NCBI GenBank assembly: GCA_030700025.1
Contig: JAUYKI010000017.1
Span: 2,748 to 66,747 of the forward strand
DNA length: 64,000 bases
Reading direction: 5' to 3'
Source: a bacterium
Lineage (GTDB): Bacteria > Patescibacteriota > Minisyncoccia > UBA6257 > 02-FULL-45-10c
Shown: positions 35,820-44,932 of the stretch, piece by piece
Layout: every line of letters starts with the position of its first letter
How positions within the stretch are numbered: position 1 is the first letter of the stretch
Position numbers and translations under genes: made by a program
Notes under the pieces: model-generated
The model's database searches: none
Seen by the model: the letters and a program-made list of their open reading frames with translations, nothing else
Told to the model about the DNA's origin: nothing

Positions 35820-36566
35820 ATGGCTGCTAATGACAGCGTCAGAGTAAGGGTGACGGATTTAGTCACCAAGCTGTTGGAGTACGTTCGGGACGGAAAACGG
35901 GACGCTAATGACGTGGCCCGGGTTCTCCAGGTCGTAAAAGACGACCCGAATTTCATCCACCAGCTGTTTCCGGAAGAAACCGGTAGGCCGCAAGTACCCG
36001 CGCGTAATCGGAGAGCCAGGCATTTGCTGGACCAGTGGTACGACATCTATGTCAGAGAGTTTGGAATGAAATTAGATCTTGAGGAATTTCGAGCTATTAA
36101 AATTCCGCCTCGTAGATCCGAATTTGACCGTCTGATTGTCGTGCTGAAGGGACTGACTCTTGGTCAGATTGTCCAAGTCCTTCAAAAACATATGAAGATT
36201 GATATTCGCGCTGGCCATCTCAATTCCATCACTTCCGTCCGAAACACCAGTCAAACTTATGCCATCTGGGTCCGCGACTACCAGGAAGCCGACAAAGAGT
36301 TCGAGAATATGTCAGCTGAGTACTTAATCGGAAAGCAAATTAAGGGTATTACCTTGGAAGAGTATTTTCTCTTTGAACTTAAGTATTACTTGGAGTTAGG
36401 CCTGCACCTGGATATTAAGAATGTTACTCGTTGCGATGGTTCGCGCAATTCGAATGGCAATGTTCTGATCGCGAGCTGGGATCCGGACGATGGCGAGGTC
36501 ATCGTCTATTGGTACGATCCGTTGGATGCAGGTTCTGGTGTGCGTTCCCGTCAGGTTATTGCTTAA
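35820..36566 (+). CDS. Hypothetical protein
   Basis: 248-aa ORF with a strong Shine-Dalgarno. No family recognised. Confidence 0.65.
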   Translation: MAANDSVRVRVTDLVTKLLEYVRDGKRDANDVARVLQVVKDDPNFIHQLFPEETGRPQVPARNRRARHLLDQWYDIYVREFGMKLDLEEFRAIKIPPRRSEFDRLIVVLKGLTLGQIVQVLQKHMKIDIRAGHLNSITSVRNTSQTYAIWVRDYQEADKEFENMSAEYLIGKQIKGITLEEYFLFELKYYLELGLHLDIKNVTRCDGSRNSNGNVLIASWDPDDGEVIVYWYDPLDAGSGVRSRQVIA

Positions 36567-36622
36567 AAATTTTCGCCTCGGCTTTTTGCCGGGGCTTTTT
36601 ATTTCTACGAAAGCAGTTTTTG

Positions 36623-36810
36623 AGAAAAGAAACTTTATTCTCCGTAGCGCGGGCTGAGCCTGCCTGCCGGTAGGCAGGGGCTGAGCGGGCAGGGTGTCCC
36701 GCGAAGCGGGACGAGCGAAGCCCGAGACCCAGTGAAAACTTCCCTCACTCTTGTACAAAAGTGAGGGACTGGGAGTTTGAACGGTAGCGGGAGAATAAAG
36801 TTTCTTTTCT
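36623..36810 (-). repeat. GC-rich inverted-repeat-bounded element, copy E2 (inverted relative to E1)
   Basis: AGAAAAGAAACTTTATTCTCC and GGAGAATAAAGTTTCTTTTCT form perfect arms. Homologous to E1, with two nested hairpin insertions (36659-36678, 36741-36768). Its end overlaps the comFC stop codon. Confidence 0.7.
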
Positions 36811-37507
36811 AGCGTGTTTTAGCAATTACCAACGCGATTATTTTTTTGGCGCCGGCGGATTTTAAAGTTTTAGCGGCTTCGCGGATAGTGGCTCCGGAAG
36901 TGTGAACGTCGTCAACGAGAAGGATATTTTTTCCCACTATCAGTTCTGGGTAATTAACCGCGAAGCAGTTAATCACATTTTGCGCCCGTTCTTCATGATT
37001 CTTGGCAAGCGACTGGGTTTTAGTATTTTTAATTCTTTGAATCGGCTCCGTTAAATCTAATTTATAAAAATCAGCAACAATTTTCGCAATCAATTTTGCC
37101 TGATTAAATCCGCGTTCTTTTTCCCGATCTTCGTGAAGCGGGATTGGAACCACGGTAAAATTTCTAATATCTAAATCCAAATTTCTAAGATACGAGACTA
37201 GAATTTCGCCTAATGGCCTTTGAAGCCGCTGCCATTTTTTAAATTTAAATAATTTCAGCAAAGTCCGGATGGAATCGTTATCGTAATTAGTGGCGGCGGC
37301 CAAAAGATAAGGAGAATCTTTATGGCAGACCTTTTTATTATCCGCCAGGCGCAATCCGCAAACCGGGCAAAAAAGCGAAGTATTGAGGCGGATGCCGGCC
37401 CAGCACTCCGGGCAAAGATCGCCTTCAGCGTTTTTTTGGCAGTTTAAGCAGAGCGGAGGAAAGAGGATGTCCCACAGCCAGGTTTTCATTTTTTGGAGAT
37501 AGCTCAT
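36809..37507 (-). CDS. comFC: ComF family protein (double zinc ribbon plus phosphoribosyltransferase domain)
   Basis: CLNC...CPEC...CPVCG zinc ribbons and a PRTase motif ILLVDDVHTSGAT. ATG 37507 preferred over TTG 37543. Confidence 0.85.
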   Translation of the reverse strand: MSYLQKMKTWLWDILFPPLCLNCQKNAEGDLCPECWAGIRLNTSLFCPVCGLRLADNKKVCHKDSPYLLAAATNYDNDSIRTLLKLFKFKKWQRLQRPLGEILVSYLRNLDLDIRNFTVVPIPLHEDREKERGFNQAKLIAKIVADFYKLDLTEPIQRIKNTKTQSLAKNHEERAQNVINCFAVNYPELIVGKNILLVDDVHTSGATIREAAKTLKSAGAKKIIALVIAKTR

Positions 37508-37750
37508 GTCTGTTATACTAATAATAGATTTAGAATAAGGCAATGGATTCCAATAACTAATTTCTAATATCTAATTTCTAATAAAATGACCGAAATCACA
37601 AACCACAAGCACCAAATCACAAACAAGCACCAATGACCAAAATCATAAATTTAAAACCCGTTTGGAATTTCTATTATTTGAATTTAGAATTTGTTTGTAA
37701 TTTGAGATTTGTAATTTGGAATTTTATCAGAAATTGTAAATTGTAAATTT

Positions 37751-38812
37751 ATGTCTTTTTTTGAAAAACTTCTTCATAACAAAACTTATTTCGGCGTGGA
37801 TATCGGCACGACCTCTATTAAAATTGTGGAATTAAAACAGGGAGGCCAGAAGCCGGGCCTGAAAGATTATTGCGTTTTGGAAAGCTACGCGCATCTGGAA
37901 AAATTTAACGCGGCCATTCAAACCAGCAATTTAAAAATGCTGGACCAGAAAACCGCGGAATATTTGAAAACCGCGATTCAGCAGATAGAGTCTAAAGACA
38001 TTGAAGCCATTGCTTCGGTTCCGACTTTTTCCGCTTTTACTACTTTGATTGAAATGCCGGCTATGTCGGAGGCGGATACGAGCAAGGCCATGGCATTCCA
38101 GGTTAGGCAGTATGTTCCTTTGCCGATTTCGGAAGTAACCACCGACTGGATAAAAATTATGGAAAAAAAGGATTCTGCCGGCAATTTAATCCAGCAAGTT
38201 CTGCTGATTTCCATTCCGAATGAAATTATTAATAAGTATAAAAATGTTTTTCAGTTGGCGGGCGTGAAATTAATCGCTTTAGAAGTGGAAGGATTGAGTT
38301 TGGCGCGGGCGCTGACTCTTGGTTCGCCGGAAGTTTCGCTGATTGTGGATATCGGATCCCGGTCTACCAGTATTCTTATCGCCCAAAACGGCTTTTTGAA
38401 GTTTGTCAGCCAGACGGATTTCGCCGGCAGTTCCTTAACGCAGAATTTGGCTGCCGGAACCAGCCTTTCTCCGCAGGAGGCCGAAGAAATGAAACGGCAG
38501 AGGGGCATTGTCTCGGGGGAGTTATCCACACTGCTGATACCGGTGCTGGATGCTATAATAAATGAGACGAGACTAGTCAAGGAAGATTTTGAAAAGAACT
38601 ATAAAGAGCCGGTCCAAAAGCTTATTTTGACCGGAGGCGGGGCTAATCTGAGCGGCATTGAGAAGTACTTTGGCGAGCAATTGGGCTTGCCGGCCGTTAA
38701 GGGCAATCCGCTGTCACGGGTGGATTATCCGGAAGAATTAAACCCCTTGCTTGGAGAATTGAATAATACTTTGGCGATTGCCGCCGGACTCGCTTTAAGG
38801 GATGTACACTAG
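37751..38812 (+). CDS. pilM: Type IV pilus assembly protein PilM (actin-like ATPase fold)
   Basis: YFGVDIGTTSIKIVEL N-terminus, 353 aa, first gene of the pilus cluster. Confidence 0.85.
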   Translation: MSFFEKLLHNKTYFGVDIGTTSIKIVELKQGGQKPGLKDYCVLESYAHLEKFNAAIQTSNLKMLDQKTAEYLKTAIQQIESKDIEAIASVPTFSAFTTLIEMPAMSEADTSKAMAFQVRQYVPLPISEVTTDWIKIMEKKDSAGNLIQQVLLISIPNEIINKYKNVFQLAGVKLIALEVEGLSLARALTLGSPEVSLIVDIGSRSTSILIAQNGFLKFVSQTDFAGSSLTQNLAAGTSLSPQEAEEMKRQRGIVSGELSTLLIPVLDAIINETRLVKEDFEKNYKEPVQKLILTGGGANLSGIEKYFGEQLGLPAVKGNPLSRVDYPEELNPLLGELNNTLAIAAGLALRDVH

Positions 38813-38830
38813 TTAAAAAAATAAATTGTA

Positions 38831-39373
38831 ATGGCGCTATTAAATCAAAAACCAATGGAGCACTACGTGCCGGAAACACCGGTTGCCGGAACACCGTGGC
38901 GCCTTTTTACTTACGCCGGATTGGCATTTTTGGCGTCTTTGTTGATTTATCTGGGATTAAGCATGGGCTATAGCGCTTACTTAAGTTCCCGGATTACCGC
39001 GGTGGAACAGCAATTAAAACAATTGGGAACTTCCATTTCCAAAGAAGATCAGGATAAGTTTGTCCGATTTTATTCCCAGCTGGTTAACTTTAATAAGCTT
39101 TTAGATAATCATATTTTATCCGCCGATACATTTTCTTTATTGGAAAAAAATACCAATCAAAAAGTCCGTTATACTAATTTTGATTTAAAAATTGACGAGC
39201 GGAAGCTTACTTTAGACGGTTCGGCTCTTTCTTATGAAATTTTGGCGCAACAGCTGGCGTCTTTTGCCGCCGATCCCGGCGTAGAGAACTACATGCTTAA
39301 TCAATCGCAAATGAGCGATGGAAGCGTAAAATTCAAGGCGGTATTAATATTAAAAAAGGAAGTTTTAAAATAA
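38831..39373 (+). CDS. pilN: PilN-like pilus assembly protein
   Basis: Single TM followed by a coiled coil. Position after pilM. Confidence 0.55.
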   Translation: MALLNQKPMEHYVPETPVAGTPWRLFTYAGLAFLASLLIYLGLSMGYSAYLSSRITAVEQQLKQLGTSISKEDQDKFVRFYSQLVNFNKLLDNHILSADTFSLLEKNTNQKVRYTNFDLKIDERKLTLDGSALSYEILAQQLASFAADPGVENYMLNQSQMSDGSVKFKAVLILKKEVLK

Positions 39374-39378
39374 GATGA

Positions 39379-39504
39379 ATCCCACACATAACAAAGACTA
39401 TAGGATATTTAAGCTAATAACTATGATAGTAGAATTAAAATGTCACATTAAATTAAAAGGCAAGGATTTGCGGAAAACTTCGCAGTCTTTGTTATGTGTG
39501 GGAT
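39379..39504. repeat. Inverted-repeat-bounded intergenic cassette abutting the pilO start
   Basis: ATCCCACACATAACAAAGACT (39379-39399) is the perfect 21-nt reverse complement of 39484-39504. ATGAA occurs at both outer junctions. Confidence 0.75.
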
Positions 39505-40078
39505 GAAAGCTTCTACTCAAAGAGCCTTGGGATTGTTGGGAACCGGACTATTGTTTGTCGGAGCGGCGGCGATTTTTGCTTTTTTATCGGTTCCGGCTTA
39601 TCAGGACATCCAGGATTTGAAATCCACGCTGTCGTCTAAATCAACATTATTTCAAAATCAATCCCGCGATTTGACCCAGGTTCAAAACTTGTTATCGCAA
39701 TATCAGGGAGTGGTCCGGCTGGAAGAATCTTTAAATTTGGCTCTGCCTACCAAAGAAGAGTCCGGAAGCATCGTGAATCAGCTGGATGTTATTACTAAGT
39801 CCAACGGCGTTTTAATTAAATCCCTCGGGCTGGATTATGTTCCGGCCGGACGGACCGCCGGGACCGCTTTGGTAAAAAATGTTTCTACTTTGCGGCTGAC
39901 AATAAAATTAGCCGGTTCTTATTCCGCGTTTAAAAAAGCTTTAGCCGCGCTGGAAACCAATATTCGCATCATGGATTTAGTGAGTTTGAAGATGGAGCCG
40001 GTTAGCGCCGCGCCCGGCCAGGAATCCGCGGATTTATTTGATTACACCTTAGTTATTAATACTTATTATCAATTGTAA
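39503..40078 (+). CDS. pilO: PilO-like pilus assembly protein
   Basis: TM followed by a coiled coil. ATG 39503 chosen at the end of the repeat arm; ATG 39494 lies inside the arm. Confidence 0.5.
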   Translation: MKASTQRALGLLGTGLLFVGAAAIFAFLSVPAYQDIQDLKSTLSSKSTLFQNQSRDLTQVQNLLSQYQGVVRLEESLNLALPTKEESGSIVNQLDVITKSNGVLIKSLGLDYVPAGRTAGTALVKNVSTLRLTIKLAGSYSAFKKALAALETNIRIMDLVSLKMEPVSAAPGQESADLFDYTLVINTYYQL

Positions 40079-40101
40079 AATTTATTAGAGATTTAAATAA
40101 T

Positions 40102-40392
40102 ATGGCAATTACATTTGAAAAAGAAAAAAAACCGTTTGGCATTGTTCGGCTTGTTATCGTGATAGCGGCGGTGGTGTTTATTGTCGGCGGAGCCTACTTT
40201 TTATTCTTCGCTTCAACTCCGGGCATAGAAGCTTTAGTTCCTTCGGAACAAAGGTTAGCCACCCAGATTTCTAAATTAGAATTGAATACCCAGCCGGCCG
40301 TGGAAGCTTTTACTTCTAACCGCCTTAAAAGATACGCCGGTCCGCCTTCGGTTGGACAAGTTGGCAGATTAAATCCATTTGTCCGATTTTAG
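40102..40392 (+). CDS. Small single-TM pilus-cluster protein
   Basis: 96 aa with TM VRLVIVIAAVVFIVGGAYFLFF. Confidence 0.55.
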   Translation: MAITFEKEKKPFGIVRLVIVIAAVVFIVGGAYFLFFASTPGIEALVPSEQRLATQISKLELNTQPAVEAFTSNRLKRYAGPPSVGQVGRLNPFVRF

Positions 40393-40398
40393 GAATGG

Positions 40399-40518
40399 AT
40401 CCCGTTAGAGATAGGCCGTCAAAGGCGGCCGTAGCTCGTCCGTTCTAATGGCGCTCAGAGTTTAAAATAAAAACAAAGGTTAATAATATAAATCTAATTT
40501 AGTTATCTCTAACGGGAT
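40399..40518. repeat. Inverted-repeat-bounded intergenic cassette (CCCGTTAGA family)
   Basis: ATCCCGTTAGAGATA (40399-40413) is the perfect reverse complement of 40504-40518. ATGGAT occurs at both outer junctions. Confidence 0.75.
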
Positions 40519-42250
40519 GGATGCTCAAGTTTTACTTAAAGCTCTTGTTGATAAGGAACTTCTAAAACAGGATCAGGCGGATAAGCTGATTCAGGAATCT
40601 TCGGCTGGGCAAAAATCCGCTGAAGATTTAATTTACGAAAACCGGCTGGTGGACGAAACCGAAGTGGCGAAAACCAAAAGCCAGCTTTTAAAAATACCTT
40701 ATAAGAAAATTTCGGCGGATACTCTGGATAAAGAATTTTTAAAAGTTATTCCGATTGAAACCGCCCAAACTTATAAAATAATTCCTATTTCCCGGACGGA
40801 AAATATGCTGGTGGTGGGAATGGTGAATCCGGACGACCAAAAAGCCCAGGACGCGCTCCGGTTTGTCGCTAAGCAATTGCACTCCAATCTTGGAGTTTAT
40901 TTGATTTCACACGGCGATTTGGACGCAGTCTTAAAAAAATATTCTCCGTTTAAAGATGAAGTAGAAGCGGCAGTGCGGGCTTTGGGGACTAGGCCGGGCA
41001 GGAAAGTCGGCCAGGCAATTCAACTGGAAGAGGGAACCGCGGTTACGGAAGAAGCGCCGGTAATTAAAATTGTCGCTTCAACGCTTAGAGAAGCGGTCAA
41101 CGTCGGAGCTTCGGACATTCACGTTGAGCCAGAGCGGGAAAAATTCCGGATTCGTTTCCGGATTTCCGGAGATTTGCAGACCATCAGCGAAATGCCGATT
41201 GAATTGCACCAGCCGATAGTTTCCCGCATTAAAGTTATGTCCAAGTTAAAATTAGATGAAAACCGCGTTCCGCAAGACGGCCGGTTTCGCAGCCAGGTAT
41301 CGGGCCGGGACATTGATTTCCGGATCGCGACTTTTCCAACTCCAGCCGGAGAAAAAGTGGCAATCCGGGTTCTGGATTCTTCTACCGGCTTACGGACTTT
41401 AAATGAATTGGGATATAGCGATCGGAATGTAAAAATTGCCATGGAGGCGATTGAGCGCCCGTTTGGCACCGTGGTCATTACCGGTCCGACCGGTTCGGGA
41501 AAATCCACCACTCTTTATTCGTTGATGCAGATTTTAAATCAGCCGGACGTTAACATCGTCAGCTTGGAAGATCCGGTGGAGTATTATATTGACGGCGCCA
41601 ACCAGTCGCAGGTTCGGCCGGAAATCGGCTATGATTTCGCCGCCGGTTTGCGGCAAATTTTGCGGCAAGACCCGGACGTGATTATGGTTGGAGAAGTGCG
41701 GGACGTGGAAACTGCCACTTTGACCATCCACGCCGCTTTAACCGGACACATCGTATTAACCACCTTGCACACTAATAATGTAGTGGGCGTAGTGCCCCGC
41801 TTATTGGATTTAAAAGTAGACGCGTTTTTATTGCCGCCGGCGGTAAATTTGATGGTGGCCCAGCGCTTGCTTTCCAAGCTTTGCCCGAAATGCAAAAAGC
41901 CCGAACCTGCTCCGGGAAATATCGCCGAAATGATCAAAAAAGAATTGGAAAAATTGCCGGCAGACGTCAGGGCGGAATTAAAATCTAAAGAACCGTATAA
42001 AATCTATCGGTCGGCCGGATGCGCTTCTTGTAAAAATAAAGGGACAGCCGGGCGGATGGCCATTTCGGAGCTTTTAAAAATGACTCCACAATTGTCGGAA
42101 ATTATCAGCGCCGGCCCGACCGAGAACCGGATTTTAGAAGAGGCTAAGCGCCAAGGAATGGTAACGATGCGGCAAGACGGAATTATTAAAGCCCTGGACG
42201 GATTATTGGGAATGGAGGAGGTATTGCGAGAGACTGCGGAGCTGACCTAA
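40517..42250 (+). CDS. pilB: Type IV pilus assembly ATPase PilB (GspE family)
   Basis: Walker A GPTGSGKST, Asp/His boxes and a tetracysteine motif CPKC...CASC. Confidence 0.92.
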   Translation: MDAQVLLKALVDKELLKQDQADKLIQESSAGQKSAEDLIYENRLVDETEVAKTKSQLLKIPYKKISADTLDKEFLKVIPIETAQTYKIIPISRTENMLVVGMVNPDDQKAQDALRFVAKQLHSNLGVYLISHGDLDAVLKKYSPFKDEVEAAVRALGTRPGRKVGQAIQLEEGTAVTEEAPVIKIVASTLREAVNVGASDIHVEPEREKFRIRFRISGDLQTISEMPIELHQPIVSRIKVMSKLKLDENRVPQDGRFRSQVSGRDIDFRIATFPTPAGEKVAIRVLDSSTGLRTLNELGYSDRNVKIAMEAIERPFGTVVITGPTGSGKSTTLYSLMQILNQPDVNIVSLEDPVEYYIDGANQSQVRPEIGYDFAAGLRQILRQDPDVIMVGEVRDVETATLTIHAALTGHIVLTTLHTNNVVGVVPRLLDLKVDAFLLPPAVNLMVAQRLLSKLCPKCKKPEPAPGNIAEMIKKELEKLPADVRAELKSKEPYKIYRSAGCASCKNKGTAGRMAISELLKMTPQLSEIISAGPTENRILEEAKRQGMVTMRQDGIIKALDGLLGMEEVLRETAELT

Positions 42251-42284
42251 CCAATAACCGCCGACTAATGATATTATAAAGTGT

Positions 42285-43352
42285 ATGGCTGATTATAAGG
42301 CGAGATTAATAGATTTACTTTCCGAGGCGGTCAAGCAAGACGCTTCGGATTTGCATATTGCGGTAGGTCAAAAGCCGATGCTTCGGAAGGACGGAAGTTT
42401 GGTAGCTTTAGAAAGTGAATCGGTTCTGAACCCTAAGGACGCCGAAGGATTGGTGTTGGCGTTATTAAACCCTGATCAAAAAAACAAATTCTTGGAAGAA
42501 AAGCAGTTAGATTTTGCGTATGACCTGGATGGCAGAGCCAGGTTCCGTATTAACGCCTATTTTCAAAGAGGATTTATGTCGGCGGCGCTCCGTTTAATTT
42601 CGGCGAAAGTTAAAACATTGGAAGAATTGGGCTTGCCGATGGTGTTGAGGGAATTTGCCAAATTATCCCAAGGGCTCTTGCTGGCAGTCGGTCCGGCTGG
42701 ACAAGGAAAGTCCACGACTTTAGCGGTGGTAGTAGATGAAATCAATCGCCAGCGCGCCGACCATATTATTACCATTGAAGACCCGATTGAATATTTGTTT
42801 GAACAAAATAAAAGCATTATTTCCCAGCGGGAAGTTCGTTTGGATACTTTAACGTTTCACGACGCCTTGCGATCGGTTTTGCGGCAGGATCCGGATGCAA
42901 TTATGATCGGTGAAATGCGCGACGCGGAATCTATTGCCAGCGCTTTAACCGCCGCGGAAACCGGCCATTTGGTTCTTTCCACCTTGCATACTAATTCGGC
43001 TTCTCAGACTATTGACCGGATTGTGGATAGTTTTCCGTCCGGCCAGCAGCCGCAAATTATTTCTCAGCTGGCATCCACTTTGATAGGCATTGTTTCCAAA
43101 AGATTAATTCCTAAAATTGGCGGCGGACGGGTTCCGGCTTGCGAAATTATGATAATGAATCCGGCAATCCGGAATTTAATCCGGGAAAAGAAGTTTTTCC
43201 AGATAGATAACGTTATTGAAACCAGCAAAGGCGAGGGCATGATCAGCTTAAACCGTTCTTTATCGGAGCTGGTGAAGGCCAAGCAAATTACTCCGGCGAA
43301 CGCGGAATTATATTCCATTAGCCCGAAAGAATTAAAATTGATGTTAAAATGA
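42285..43352 (+). CDS. pilT: Twitching motility (retraction) ATPase PilT
   Basis: GPAGQGKSTT Walker A, 355 aa, PilT-type length. Confidence 0.9.
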   Translation: MADYKARLIDLLSEAVKQDASDLHIAVGQKPMLRKDGSLVALESESVLNPKDAEGLVLALLNPDQKNKFLEEKQLDFAYDLDGRARFRINAYFQRGFMSAALRLISAKVKTLEELGLPMVLREFAKLSQGLLLAVGPAGQGKSTTLAVVVDEINRQRADHIITIEDPIEYLFEQNKSIISQREVRLDTLTFHDALRSVLRQDPDAIMIGEMRDAESIASALTAAETGHLVLSTLHTNSASQTIDRIVDSFPSGQQPQIISQLASTLIGIVSKRLIPKIGGGRVPACEIMIMNPAIRNLIREKKFFQIDNVIETSKGEGMISLNRSLSELVKAKQITPANAELYSISPKELKLMLK

Positions 43353-44557
43353 AATTTAAATACGTTGCTAAAACTAAAACCGGCGAGCTGCAAACAGGAT
43401 TTATTGAATCGCAGGACCGCAATTCCGCCACTAGCGCTTTGGTTAGCCACGAGCTGGCAGTTTTAAGCTTAGAATCCGCGGATGTGCCAAAGTGGTACGA
43501 ACAATTTTTAAATTTATTTAAAAGAGTAAGCAGTACCGACCTGATGGTTTTTACCCGCCAATTCGCCACTTTATTGGATGCTAAAATTTCCTTGGGCGAT
43601 TCTTTAAAAAATCTTCATCGCCAAACCCGCAATGTTGCCTTAAAAGAAGCGGTATTTGATATTTCGGCGGACATTGAAGCCGGCTTGTCTTTATCGCAGG
43701 CCTTGGAGCGGCACTCCGCGATTTTTCCGGACTTCTACGTTAACATGGTGCGTTCGGCGGAAATTACCGGCCGGATGAGCGAAGTTATGATGTTTTTGGC
43801 GGATTATCTGGAAAAGACCCAGGCGACTTCCACTAAAGTCCGGAACGCCATGATTTATCCGGTAGTGGTAATTATTTTGCTGGTTGGCGTGATGCTGGTG
43901 ATGGTAGGTTTTGTTTTTCCTAAGTTAATTCCGGTTTTTGAAGAATCAAACGTGGAATTGCCGTTAATCACTAAAATAATTTTTGCCATTGGAACCTTTA
44001 TCAGCAATTGGTGGTGGCTGGTTTTGCTGGCTTCTATTGCCGGAGCTTATTTTCTGGTTTCTTACTTAAAAACCAAAGAGGGCAGGGTAGTGTTAGACGA
44101 AGTTTTAATGAAATTGCCGGTTTTTGGAACTATGCTTCGGAAGCTGTATATTTCTAGATTTGCCGAACTGACCAGCGTTTTGATAAAAGGCGGAACTCCG
44201 ATAGCCCAAAGTTTGGGAATTGCCGGCAATACCGTGGGCAGTTTTATTTATCGGGACCAGATTTTAGAAATTGCCGAAGCGGTCCGGCAGGGACAGCTGA
44301 TGTCCCAGGCGCTGGAAGAACGGCAGGTGTATTTTCCGGTTTTAGTCAGCCAGATGGTTTCCGTGGGCGAAAGCACCGGCAAGCTGGAAGAGTTATTAAG
44401 CCGGGTATCAAGCTTTTACACAAGAGAAGTGGATGACTTGGTTAATAATTTGGTAGAATTAATTCAGCCCCTTCTGATGGTAGTAATCGGCGTGGCAGTA
44501 GGAATTTTATTTGCTTCAGTATTGCTGCCAATTTTCAGCTTGGTGCAGACTTTCTAA
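43349..44557 (+). CDS. pilC: Type IV pilus platform protein PilC (GspF family)
   Basis: 402 aa with two GspF repeats and 3 TM segments. Overlaps pilT by 4 nt. Confidence 0.9.
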   Translation: MKFKYVAKTKTGELQTGFIESQDRNSATSALVSHELAVLSLESADVPKWYEQFLNLFKRVSSTDLMVFTRQFATLLDAKISLGDSLKNLHRQTRNVALKEAVFDISADIEAGLSLSQALERHSAIFPDFYVNMVRSAEITGRMSEVMMFLADYLEKTQATSTKVRNAMIYPVVVIILLVGVMLVMVGFVFPKLIPVFEESNVELPLITKIIFAIGTFISNWWWLVLLASIAGAYFLVSYLKTKEGRVVLDEVLMKLPVFGTMLRKLYISRFAELTSVLIKGGTPIAQSLGIAGNTVGSFIYRDQILEIAEAVRQGQLMSQALEERQVYFPVLVSQMVSVGESTGKLEELLSRVSSFYTREVDDLVNNLVELIQPLLMVVIGVAVGILFASVLLPIFSLVQTF

Positions 44558-44558
44558 T

Positions 44559-44830
44559 GAACCTATCCCAATAATAATCCTCAAACGCGTTGCTAGTATA
44601 AATTGAAAATTTCTAGGCCTGCCGAGGAGCTTGTGGCCATAGCCACAGTGAGGAGGCAGAACAACGAAATTTTCAATTTAGACAGCAACCCCAAGAGGGA
44701 TACAGCCAATTTTATCCATAACGTCGTTGCTCGTCGAAGATATAGCTTACGCTATAAATCTTCTCCTCGCGTCTAGTTCTGAATAAAATTGGCTAATATC
44801 GCGTTATGGGATTATTATTGGGATAGGTTC
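44559..44830 (+). ncRNA. Candidate structured element, ~280-nt family, copy 2 (best preserved)
   Basis: P1 22/22, P2 15/15, P3 12/12, two hairpins and conserved cores. See the finding for coordinates. Confidence 0.55.
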
Positions 44831-44932
44831 TATGTTACACTTATTAAAGGTCGGAAATAAGATGTAATACCAATATACGAATTATTCGTATCATTAGTAT
44901 GAATTAGTATATTAGTATCTCATTATAAATAT

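Noticed and set aside
37550-37750. Possible CRISPR array or tandem repeat in AT-rich spacers (also 1782-1810, 3341-3399, 5745-5770, 8460-8603, 34600-34630).
   Set aside because: These are short low-complexity word repeats (TAGAAT, AATTAGAAATT, CACAAAC, TTGTAAAT) of period 5-11 nt. They have no unique spacers of CRISPR size, and no cas genes are present.
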